In this document: positions 53,619-62,845 of the stretch, one piece after another
Numbering within the stretch: position 1 is the first letter of the stretch
Layout: each line of letters begins with the position of its first letter
From: a bacterium
Lineage (GTDB): Bacteria; Hinthialibacterota; Hinthialibacteria; Hinthialibacterales; Hinthialibacteraceae
Reading direction: 5' to 3'
NCBI GenBank assembly: GCA_963663405.2
Contig: CAXXSM010000053.1
Span: forward strand, 128,001 to 192,000
DNA: 64,000 bases
Program-made: the position numbers and the translations under genes
Notes under the pieces: model-generated
What the model was told of the DNA's origin: nothing
The model's input: only the letters and a program-made list of their open reading frames with translations
The model's database searches: none

Positions 53619-55409
53619 TCACTCCGCATCCGCCCCAGTCTCAAAAGAGAAAAAGGTCCCCCATTCCCCTGCAACACCATGATTATCCCGCGCCCGGACC
53701 TTCCAATAATACGTGGTCCCTGGATTGAGAAAACTCTCTGGAACTTTCCATTCACAACGATCCGATCCAACATTCCGATAGAGGGATTGTGAAACCGGCC
53801 ACCGGCAATCCGGACGCAGGCTCACTTGGATCTGGTAATCCTCAATCCGGTCTCCCTCATCCAGATCATGCGCAGGTTCCCATTGAAGCGTTGGTGTGAG
53901 TGTGTCAAACTTTGATGGAGACACGCAGGCTGTAACCATCCCCGGAGCGTGGTTGTCATCCACTTCCCGCCATTTGAATGTAATGCGCGCGTTGACTTTG
54001 CCATCGGATCGCGTCCGGCAGCGAATTACATTCTTTCCCAGTGAAAGCGCGGGCAAACTATGTGGGGAAACCTGCAGATCCGTCACGGATTTAAACCACT
54101 CCACCCCCGCCTGCGCGGGTGGATTCGCGTCAGCGGAACTTTTTAACGTGAAACCGATCTCATAGTCGTAAGCGGGAGTGTCGTTCAAAATATTCTGATC
54201 GAGATCCACTTCAATCTCCTTTGTACCGTTTCCCCATTGGTATGTGTAGAGATCACCTTCCCCCCAGCCGGGTTTGCCATAGGATACACTGGCGAACGCG
54301 CCGTTGTCTTTTCGAAGCCGGACCCAGAACCGCCCCCCCACGATGGGATACGCGCTGTCAATCGGCAGCGTGAACCGGGATGGGCGTGAATAGTTTTCAT
54401 CATGCAGTTCTTTGACATGGATAGCGGGCGTTTGACCATCTTCCTGTGTAGTCGTGACATTCTCGATCACATGAATGTACTCACGCATGTCGACAGTGTC
54501 TATATCTGGTTCCCAAATCAATCGGCCGTTCGCATAGCGTTCCGGCACTAGAGCCCTTTTATGACGGTTCTCGTGTTTGTTAAGAACAGGTTCCCACCAG
54601 CGGATCAGTTTCTCACCCGGTTTGAGAGTATAGGCCATTGTATAGTTTTTTTTGATCTCACTATCGTAGCCCGTATCAATATAATTATCTTTTGACGTCG
54701 TGATATAGCGCACGAATTCCGCATTGCGGGAAGGTGGATCATCAGGCCGATCCCATTGTCCACGCGGGTGAATCGTGCGTTCGATCAACCAAGGATCATC
54801 GATCAATTCAGCGATCGGCGCCACGCTGCGGTTATCCCGGCTTAGATAAAACACTTTCACATTCCCATCAAAGAAATGCCAGCCGCCGTTATAAAAAATC
54901 TCATTGACGGTATGTCCCCAAATCTCCTGCACCCGCGCCTCAAGACCCGCCGCGAGACAGAACGCCTTGATCCAGGCGGCGGTGTGACCGCAGATCCCGT
55001 AACCATATCCATTCATCGCCCGCACAGGATGAAGATCGCTTTTATCAGCGGGGGAACGCTGAAATCGTTTCCAATGTACCCATTCCCAAATCGCGAACGC
55101 TTTTTCCTCATCCGTTTCGCAGCCTTCTGTAATCTCCGCCACCATCGATTCAATATCGAACCAGTCGTACCGCCCATTCACCGTAATCCGTGGATCGGAA
55201 AGAGGATCGCCGCTCAAGTTCTCAATCGCAATCTCGACATTCTCCGGATCGAGCGTCCCATCAACCTCAATCGTGAATTCCGCATCAGATTCCGTTACTA
55301 CTTGGCTGAATGTTTTCAATTCCCCCGCCATAAGAGAATCCACGAAGAATAAAATAGAAAACAAAATCATCAAACATACGAACGGCATATATAGATCATT
55401 CTTCGACAT
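53619..55409 (-). CDS. Exported transglutaminase-like (Cys-His-Asp) protein with C-terminal FN3-like domain
   Basis: Start ATG 55409 after GGAGG; DEEKAFAIW, YGYGICGH, GHTVNEIFYNGGWHFFDG; TPTLQW...TYYWKVRARD. Confidence 0.78.
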   Translation of the reverse strand: MSKNDLYMPFVCLMILFSILFFVDSLMAGELKTFSQVVTESDAEFTIEVDGTLDPENVEIAIENLSGDPLSDPRITVNGRYDWFDIESMVAEITEGCETDEEKAFAIWEWVHWKRFQRSPADKSDLHPVRAMNGYGYGICGHTAAWIKAFCLAAGLEARVQEIWGHTVNEIFYNGGWHFFDGNVKVFYLSRDNRSVAPIAELIDDPWLIERTIHPRGQWDRPDDPPSRNAEFVRYITTSKDNYIDTGYDSEIKKNYTMAYTLKPGEKLIRWWEPVLNKHENRHKRALVPERYANGRLIWEPDIDTVDMREYIHVIENVTTTQEDGQTPAIHVKELHDENYSRPSRFTLPIDSAYPIVGGRFWVRLRKDNGAFASVSYGKPGWGEGDLYTYQWGNGTKEIEVDLDQNILNDTPAYDYEIGFTLKSSADANPPAQAGVEWFKSVTDLQVSPHSLPALSLGKNVIRCRTRSDGKVNARITFKWREVDDNHAPGMVTACVSPSKFDTLTPTLQWEPAHDLDEGDRIEDYQIQVSLRPDCRWPVSQSLYRNVGSDRCEWKVPESFLNPGTTYYWKVRARDNHGVAGEWGTFFSFETGADAE

Positions 55410-55542
55410 GCTGCGCCTCCAAAAAGAAATAAAATCCTTATTCAAATTCACAATATCAAAAACAAACAAAGAAAGATAGCCGAACTCATACGCCAAATAA
55501 ATGAGAAAGCTTTACAAAAAAGAAGTCCACGGTCACAATCCC

Positions 55543-55586
55543 CATCCTGAATATCCTGCCTATCCTATGTATCCAGATTCAGACAA
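55543..55586 (+). repeat. Family-B repeat (single arm)
   Basis: CATCCTGAATATCCTGCCTATCCTATGTATCCAGATTCAGACAA. Confidence 0.75.
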
Positions 55587-55605
55587 AAAACAAAGGAAAC
55601 AACAC

Positions 55606-57116
55606 TCATTTATCCCCCATCGGCCCCACGTCATGAAATGGATTCGAAAAACGCCCCCGTCCCCACTCCCGCATGTTTTCAAGTGTCTGCGCGCCATCCT
55701 CATAGTATGATTCGTTAAATTGCGAAAGGTGTTTTTCCCAAAGTTCATCCCGGATCGGCCGCCAATGCGCAGGCGTTTGAACGAGATTCATCTCTTCCAT
55801 TCTTGTATAGAGTTCATCCGCAATCAACTGATGGCCTTTAATATTCGGATGCACATGATCCAGTAACCATTCAGCGCCTGGAATGTCATGTTCCGACTGT
55901 TCTTCAAACAATGCTTTCATATTAACCAGTGGAAGCCGATATTGCGATGCGGTTTTTAATACAATCTCATGCATCGGTTCCAACATCCGCAGTGGACAGA
56001 TGTCTTCCTCCTTCGCTTGAATGTACCAATGTTTCGCTTCTTTGTACCGCTTCAGCCGCTCACAGCATTTCCCCATCTGGTATAAAAGCCCAGCGTGCCG
56101 GTGATCGATGGAAGCCGTCTTTTCAAGCAGCGCCATCTTACCCTGTACATCCGAATCATCAAGAGCGTCCGCTTGATCCCATAGATCGAGAATATAATTC
56201 ACATGCCGTTCGGACAGATTGAAATTAAATTCCGATTTAAATGGAGGGCAGTCTTTCAAATTCGAAACCGGATTCATCAGAATGACAGGTGTCCCCGCGC
56301 CACGGCAAATGCGGATCATGGTTTCCAGATTCAGGTTAAAATGTTCGATAACATCAGCGCGCCATGTCTCATCCCGGTGATACGAATTCCATCCATTGTG
56401 CTGGTCGAGTTTGGCCTCGATCTCTGTCGGCAGAACCGTCTTGGATGAATGATCGCCATCCGTACGTAGCGCGCGGTTGGGGGAAAGGAATTTGTACGCG
56501 TGAGAGTAGGTATGAAGTGAGAGCAAACCCTGATGCAGCCAAAGCAGAACGCGCGGTTTCTGTTTGATACGCCAGTAGGTCCGGTCTTCTAGAAATTCAT
56601 TATGCCCCGTGCAGAGTATATATAAATCCGGCTCATAGCGCAGCGTCTCCCGCAAGAGAGGAATTAAGCGATAACTCGCGTAGGATATCCCCCCGCAATT
56701 CACTACTTCCCAATTCGTCTCAGGCCGCGCCGCTTGCAGATTGAATTGAAGCCAGGCCGTAAATGACGACACCGCATGATAGGGCCGCCCCTGCACGGTG
56801 GAACCGCCCAGGCAGAAAATCCGGAACGTATCCGGCCCTTTCTTCGCCTCGAACGACTGGGGGCAGAAATATCGATACCGCTCCTCCGCTGTCTCGTAAC
56901 GTTGTCCCGATTCGTCAAGAACGAAGAGGGAACGCAGACCGATAAAAGAAACATAGGGATCGTCAAAATCAAATGTGGGATACGGAAAACAGATGCGTAC
57001 AATCAGTTCAATTACAACGAGTGGCGAAAGAACAACGGCGGCCGCCGAAAAAAAAACATACACTTTCGCAACCGTCCGCGCTGTCGAGTGGATGGATTGA
57101 CTTCGGTTGTGTTCAT
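55606..57116 (-). CDS. Membrane-anchored SGNH/GDSL hydrolase with TPR insert; likely start 57116 with frameshift in a T9 tract
   Basis: RIFCLGGSTVQG, VVNCGGISYAS, GHNEFLE, DHVHPNIKGH; ATG 57116 overlaps the upstream TGA. Confidence 0.8.
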
Positions 57117-57898
57117 GATTCCCAACTCATATACCTTGAACGAATATCCGAAAGCGCTGGAAATTCACTTCTATAGGTTAACAGCGATGAATGATCCAAT
57201 TCCGCTTCAATGAGCCTCTCGTGGTTTCCCGCGTCCGCGATTTGTTTGCCGCGTGGATCGAGAATCAGACTGCGGCCGGAATAGGATAATTTCGGATCGG
57301 TTCCGCAGCGGTTTACGCCCACCACATAAGCTTGATTCTCAATCGCGCGCGCCGTCAACAATGTCATCCAATGCGATTCGCGCGCCTGCGGCCAATTGGC
57401 GATGACGATAAATAAATCCGCCTTCCGCAACACAGCCCACCGGAAAACCTCTGGAAACCGCAGATCATAGCAGATGAAGGGCGCAACAGTAAAATCCCCC
57501 CATTGAAATGTAATGAGAGATTCACCGGATTCATAATGCTTTGTCTCTCCTCCAAAGGTGAAAGGATGGAGTTTACAATACCGCGCGATTACCTTACCCG
57601 ATGGATCGCAGACCACGGCTTCATTCCGCCCAAATCCTTCAGGTGTCCGAATCGTTAATCCCCCCACGACATAGGATCGATAGTCAATTGCAAATGATCG
57701 TAGAAACGTCTCCGTCTCACCCGATTTACTTTCCCCAATCTCTTCCACATGCATACTGAATCCCGTAGCGAACATCTCCGGTAGAACAATCAGGCTATTG
57801 TTTTCTATGTTAGCGCGTTCAAGAAGCGCGCGTGTTTTCTCAAAATTCGCTGCTTTGTTTTCCCAGACAATATCCAGTTGTACACCGATGACTTTCAT
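57113..57898 (-). CDS. Carbon-nitrogen hydrolase, omega-amidase (YafV/MtnU-like)
   Basis: VLPEMFATGF, YCKLHPF, ICYDLRFPE, ANWP, ARAIENQAYVVGVNR. Confidence 0.9.
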   Translation of the reverse strand: MKVIGVQLDIVWENKAANFEKTRALLERANIENNSLIVLPEMFATGFSMHVEEIGESKSGETETFLRSFAIDYRSYVVGGLTIRTPEGFGRNEAVVCDPSGKVIARYCKLHPFTFGGETKHYESGESLITFQWGDFTVAPFICYDLRFPEVFRWAVLRKADLFIVIANWPQARESHWMTLLTARAIENQAYVVGVNRCGTDPKLSYSGRSLILDPRGKQIADAGNHERLIEAELDHSSLLTYRSEFPALSDIRSRYMSWES

Positions 57899-57903
57899 TC
57901 AAG

Positions 57904-59079
57904 TTACGCTCCTAGAATCGATTGCAAGCCATTGACAAGCCGTCCCACGCCTTCGATCGCGGTCTCTTTTTGCAAGGCGCCATAAGCGATGCGGAAATGA
58001 CAGCCTTCGTTGATTCCAAAGGCCCGCCCTGGCATCACAGCGACGCCATGTTCGCGAATCAATTGTTCCGCCAGTTTCATCTCATCGAATTCATCGTTTA
58101 TTTTTAAGAGGAAATAAAACGCCCCTTGCGTAGGTATGATAGCGCAGCGATCGCGTAATCGTTCAAATTCTTGAAGAAGAATCCCTCGTACTTCCGCAAT
58201 CTCCGGGATTTTACTTTGACAATAGGACGCGCCCACCCGCATCGCGCCGTACGCGGCGTATTGAGAGATCACTGGTGGACAGATCAGGATCGTGTCCTGA
58301 ATTTTATGAATCGGCGTTTCCAGATGAGCGGGATAAACCATATACCCAATACGCCAGCTGGCGAATCCATAGGCTTTGGATAACGAATAGAGAGAGATCG
58401 TATGTCCATCAGCCCCGGCGATCGACCCTGGTGAAAAGCGCTTCGCATCACCGTAGGTGAAATATTCATACGCTTCGTCATGGATATGATAGATCCCATG
58501 CGTTTTGCAGAGTTGATTGATCTCGCGCAGCGCCGATTCTGGATACACCGCGCCGCTGGGATTGTTGGGAGAAACCGTCACAACCGCCCGTGTTTTTTTC
58601 GTGATCGCATGGCGGATAAATTCGAGATCGGGTTGGTATTCATCATCGGTTGGAACACGGACCGGTTTACTGTCCGCGATCTGAATCGCCATTTCATGAT
58701 TGAAATAATAGGGCGTCAACAGAATAAACTCATCGCCGGGATCGGTGATAGCCAACACCGCGTTCATAAACGCCATGTTTCCCCCCGCCGTGACGCACAA
58801 CCGGTAACCTTCTTCCTTCCGCGAGATCTGAATGCCGTTCTCAGATTCCAATTTTTTCCGGATGACATCCCGCAGCGGTTTGATCCCCTGCACGGCATGG
58901 TACTTGTGATTCTCTCCATTCTTCAAAAATTCCTCGATCTGTTTGATCGCCTCCGGTGGAGGACCGTAATAAACCACTCCCTGTCCCAAAGAAATCGTTC
59001 CCGGACGTTTCCTCACCATATCTCCGATAATCGGAATCAATGGAGATTGAACTTTTTGAATTCGCTCGTTTAGTTTCAT
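57904..59079 (-). CDS. Class I/II PLP-dependent aminotransferase
   Basis: ISLGQG, SPNNPSG, DEAYE, SLSKAYGFASWRIGY, GAFY. Confidence 0.92.
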   Translation of the reverse strand: MKLNERIQKVQSPLIPIIGDMVRKRPGTISLGQGVVYYGPPPEAIKQIEEFLKNGENHKYHAVQGIKPLRDVIRKKLESENGIQISRKEEGYRLCVTAGGNMAFMNAVLAITDPGDEFILLTPYYFNHEMAIQIADSKPVRVPTDDEYQPDLEFIRHAITKKTRAVVTVSPNNPSGAVYPESALREINQLCKTHGIYHIHDEAYEYFTYGDAKRFSPGSIAGADGHTISLYSLSKAYGFASWRIGYMVYPAHLETPIHKIQDTILICPPVISQYAAYGAMRVGASYCQSKIPEIAEVRGILLQEFERLRDRCAIIPTQGAFYFLLKINDEFDEMKLAEQLIREHGVAVMPGRAFGINEGCHFRIAYGALQKETAIEGVGRLVNGLQSILGA

Positions 59080-59130
59080 AAGTATCTTGCTCTATACATT
59101 TGCTTACACCGCTCCTCGTTCCTATATTAA

Positions 59131-59163
59131 GGGTGGCAAGGGCAAGGCGTTTTTCTGCCCTTG
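59131..59163 (+). repeat. Family-A REP-like palindrome
   Basis: GGGTGGCAAGGGCAAGGCGTTTTTCTGCCCTTG. Confidence 0.85.
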
Positions 59164-59233
59164 TATAATTCCAGATAAGTCAACATGAAACAATACCTTT
59201 CTGATTCCTTTCAATCAACTTTATTTGTCTTTT

Positions 59234-60746
59234 TCATGCCGCGCCCCGTTTCGGAGCCGAGGTGGCCAGATCCATGATTTTTTCCTGCGTGGCTTCCTCC
59301 CGTGAGAATTCACCGGCGAGAGTTCCTTCGCTCATGACAAGAATCCGGTCGGCCATACCCAATACTTCAGGAAGTTCCGATGAGATCATCAGAATCGCGG
59401 CGCCCTGCCGCAGCAGATCGTTCATCAGAAGATAGATCTCACGTTTCGAGCCGACATCGATACCCCGTGTAGGCTCATCAAAAACAAAAAGTTTCGAATT
59501 CGCCAGCAGCCATTTCGCCAACACGACTTTCTGCTGGTTTCCACCTGATAAATTCTGGACAATAGTTTCCGCCGATGGAGTCTTGATATTCAAATCATCA
59601 ATCGACTTGGCGGGCCGTATTCTGTTCCCGTTTTTTCAGGATCATGGAAAACCGGCAAAATTCCTTCAATGTCGGCAGCGTCACATTCTCCCGCACCCGC
59701 ATCCCCAAAATCAAACCCTGACCCTTGCGGTCTTCTGTCAGGAGACAGATCCCTTTCCGGATCGCCTGATGGGGCGATCGAATCCGTACCGGCTGACCGT
59801 CTAGATAGATGGAGCCTTCTTCCAACCGGTCCGCCCCAAAGATCATACGCGCGATTTCCGTCCGGCCCGCTCCGACCAAGCCCGTCAGCCCAACAATCTC
59901 CCCCTGCCGGATCAAGAAAGAGACGTCCCGTACGAAACCGCGGCTCAATCCCTCCACGCGCAGCAATTCGTTTCCCGGCGGAAACGTCTTTTTAGGAAAT
60001 TCATCCGTGATCTTCCTTCCCACCATCATTTCAATGATCCGCTCCCGGTTCATGGATCGCACGTCTTCGGTTCCGATCAACTCTCCATCACGCAGCACCG
60101 TCAACCGGTCGCAGATTTCAAAAATCTCCTCCAGCCGGTGAGAGACGTAGATCACACTCACGCCCTGTTCTTTTAAGGCGCGGATCAGGCGGAACAGGTT
60201 GTCCAGTTCATGCAGCGTCAGCGTCGCGGATGGTTCATCCATCGCGATGATTTTGGCGTCCACCGAAAGCGCTTTGGCGATTTCTACCATCTGCTGCTGC
60301 GCGATCGAGAGGCGGTTGACGGGGATATCAAGATCGAGAGTGATCCCGAGCCGCTCCAAAATGGCGGCCGCATGTTGGCGCTGTTTTCGAAAATTGACAA
60401 ATCCCAGTAAGGACGGTTCCCGCCCTAGGAAAATATTCTCCGCCGCGCTCAATTGGGGGATCAAGTTAAATTCCTGATAGATGATAGAAACACCAAGCGC
60501 CTGCGCCTTGTGTGGAGAGTCAATACTCACCCGCCGGTCTTGAATGAGAATCTCTCCGGAGTCCATACTCTCCGCCCCCGCGAGGATTTTCAACAGCGTC
60601 GATTTCCCCGCGCCATTCTCCCCCACCAGCGCATGTACCTCTCCTTCCCGCACATGAAAATCAATCCCCTTCAACGCCTGCGCGCCCGGATACCGTTTCG
60701 AAATCCCATTCATCGCAAGAAAAGGCGCCGTCTCCATCACAATCAA
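59234..60746 (-). CDS. Monosaccharide ABC transporter ATP-binding protein (RbsA/MglA-like, tandem NBD); 1 bp frameshift at ~59612
   Basis: [39 protein letters not shown]; continues [32 protein letters not shown]. Confidence 0.9.
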
Positions 60747-60806
60747 AACTTCCTTTCATATTCCAACTGTAGAGTCACAACAAATGTCTACTTCCTTATT
60801 CAGAGT

Positions 60807-60840
60807 GGGTGGCCAGGGCAAGGCTTTTTTCTGCCCTGGC
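60807..60840 (+). repeat. Family-A REP-like palindrome
   Basis: GGGTGGCCAGGGCAAGGCTTTTTTCTGCCCTGGC. Confidence 0.85.
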
Positions 60841-60864
60841 TTTATTCCTAAGAACTGTAGAACT

Positions 60865-61051
60865 GTAGGGTGGGCTAAAAGCGGAGCGTAGCCCACCATC
60901 TTGATAAATCGCTTACTTTAAAAATTGTAGAAAAACTAACATTCGTTACTATACGAATACTTTATTATAACGAAAAATTTCCATGAATATATATCATAAT
61001 GTAACTCATTCATTATTCGGTGGGCTACGCTGCGCTTTTAGCCCACCCTAC
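60865..61051. repeat. REPIN-like doublet: two inverted family-C REPs with a 121 bp AT-rich spacer
   Basis: GTAGGGTGGGCTAAAAGCGGAGCGTAGCCCACC (60865-60897) and its reverse complement with one mismatch (61019-61051). Confidence 0.88.
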
Positions 61052-61057
61052 TCGATA

Positions 61058-62569
61058 CTACAATCCTAACTTCCTCCGCCACAGAAAAAGACTCCCACCA
61101 TGATCCTGACTGCATTCCTCAAGATAGCGATCCCGCGCAGCCGAATCACCGTTCTTTTCTGCTATTAGCGCTAATTGATAAAAAACTCGTTCGGTCCATC
61201 CCGACTCTTTATAACTGTCTAAAAATCCAGTAAAACGCTTACGCGCCAGCGAGAAATTTTCTTGCTCGAACGCCGTCACAGCCAGGTAATACTCCGCGTC
61301 CTCCCGCGCTTCCATTGATAATTCTGAAGAAGACAGCGCCGTGCGCAATTCCGTCTCCGCTTCCTCGTACGCGCCCAGAAGCAGCGCCCGCCGCCCGCGC
61401 CGGATCGGATTTAAATACCCATAAACACGCTTGTACATCGCCCGCCGGGCGGGATTTGTCTTATGGGTCAATCGGAAGAGATACGGCAGGCTGGTGTATT
61501 TCCAAGAAACGATCCGGTCACTGTCCGGCTCTGTCTGGGGAATCGCCACAGCCCGTGGCGGTTGTCCCAAGGCTTGCAAATGGTGGACCGGTTCAATCAA
61601 TTGGGACAATAGAATAAATCGTGGCGTAAACGATTCCCATTCCAGATCGTGACTGGGGTGCGTTTCCCGCATCGAATCCGCGTTCTCTTGATAGACACCA
61701 AATCGGCGGATAGAGTCAATGTAAGTTTGCACCGGTTTGACAGTTGAACCAAACGCGCGGATCGACACCTTTGTTGGATTGACAAGAAAGTTTGCGGGGA
61801 AGGGAACCGGAGGATCCCCGGCCACATTAAGAAGCACGTATCCATAAGAGGGATCAAGTGGAATCCATTGCTCCTCACACAAACACAGTGCGATCGAATG
61901 AACGCTTTCAGCCGACTGCGAAACGTCATACAACAAAAGGCGTAAATTATCAATATACGCCGCGTGCAGCAGCTGCGTTAAAATCCAGGCCAGCTCTTCA
62001 CACATGCCCGATCCACGAATCAGCGCGGATAGAGAGTGGTCAGTATAATACGGTTTTCCCTCCATCCCAAATCGAACATGGCGGTACACAAAATCCAGCA
62101 GAGACAAAATCCGTTCCATCGGCGCAGTCCGGTTTCGAATGAGCCGCGAAGCGATGCGATCCATCCAAAGAAAGCGCCCCATATAACGCATGTCTTCTTC
62201 CGAAAAACGAGACGCTCGGAAACAATCAAAGAATTCCCCTTCTTTTTTTAAGAATGAAGGATAACTGACACGGATATTGCTATTCGAAAGTTCACTGGAT
62301 TGGAATACTTCATTAAACGTTTCACAGGCCTTATCCCAATTCTCCATCCATACATACGCGAATCCACAGAGAATCTGTCTACGCTGTTCCAGTTCCGCCT
62401 CGTTGAATGGTTTGGAAAGACAATCGAGCGCTTCTTCAAAACGCCGTTCTTCAAGCAACGTATGAGCTTTCAAAAGCGCATCACCCTTAGCGTTACATGG
62501 AAATAATGTCAGCGCCGGCGCCAAGATAAAAACAAAGAATATGAATCGATTCAAGACTGTGTATAACAT
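61058..62569 (-). CDS. Exported TPR plus transglutaminase-like domain protein
   Basis: Signal peptide; TPR-like helices at both ends; GSGMCEELAW...VHSIA...WIPLDPSYG (Cys-His-Asp). Confidence 0.72.
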   Translation of the reverse strand: MLYTVLNRFIFFVFILAPALTLFPCNAKGDALLKAHTLLEERRFEEALDCLSKPFNEAELEQRRQILCGFAYVWMENWDKACETFNEVFQSSELSNSNIRVSYPSFLKKEGEFFDCFRASRFSEEDMRYMGRFLWMDRIASRLIRNRTAPMERILSLLDFVYRHVRFGMEGKPYYTDHSLSALIRGSGMCEELAWILTQLLHAAYIDNLRLLLYDVSQSAESVHSIALCLCEEQWIPLDPSYGYVLLNVAGDPPVPFPANFLVNPTKVSIRAFGSTVKPVQTYIDSIRRFGVYQENADSMRETHPSHDLEWESFTPRFILLSQLIEPVHHLQALGQPPRAVAIPQTEPDSDRIVSWKYTSLPYLFRLTHKTNPARRAMYKRVYGYLNPIRRGRRALLLGAYEEAETELRTALSSSELSMEAREDAEYYLAVTAFEQENFSLARKRFTGFLDSYKESGWTERVFYQLALIAEKNGDSAARDRYLEECSQDHGGSLFLWRRKLGL

Positions 62570-62585
62570 AGAAAAAATATTCGTT

Positions 62586-62615
62586 TTGACAATGATCGAG
62601 AGTAAGGATTACTAT
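62586..62615 (+). promoter_or_regulatory. Candidate sigma70 promoter with no long ORF downstream
   Basis: TTGACA-18 nt-TACTAT. Confidence 0.4.
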
Positions 62616-62654
62616 AGCGTGGGATTGAGAGTAGAGGAATGGATCGCTTTATTC

Positions 62655-62796
62655 GTCTGAACCATGATTCTAAGGATTAAAAGATGACCATGATTAAAAA
62701 TCAAGAAAATCAAGCGAATCAAGTAAGACAGCGCCAGCTGGCTGGCTTTTTAATCATGGTTCAGACAAAAGAAAAACCCAGCCATTCAAGGCTGGG
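62655..62796. repeat. Family-B MITE-like element (62655-62766) followed by a family-D hairpin (62777-62796)
   Basis: Perfect 15 bp IR GTCTGAACCATGATT / AATCATGGTTCAGAC with internal AATCAAG at 9-nt period; CCCAGCCATTCAAGGCTGGG. Confidence 0.78.
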
Positions 62797-62845
62797 CGTG
62801 TTAAATCGATCTGCAATTAATAAAAGAATTGAATTTTGATAATCT

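Noticed and set aside
55501-55748. Short ORFs such as HPEYPAYPMYPDSDK (55501-55710); also 8739-8939 and 8918-9325
   Set aside because: By-products of the 9-nt-periodic and REP repeats or antisense to real genes; no independent coding evidence.
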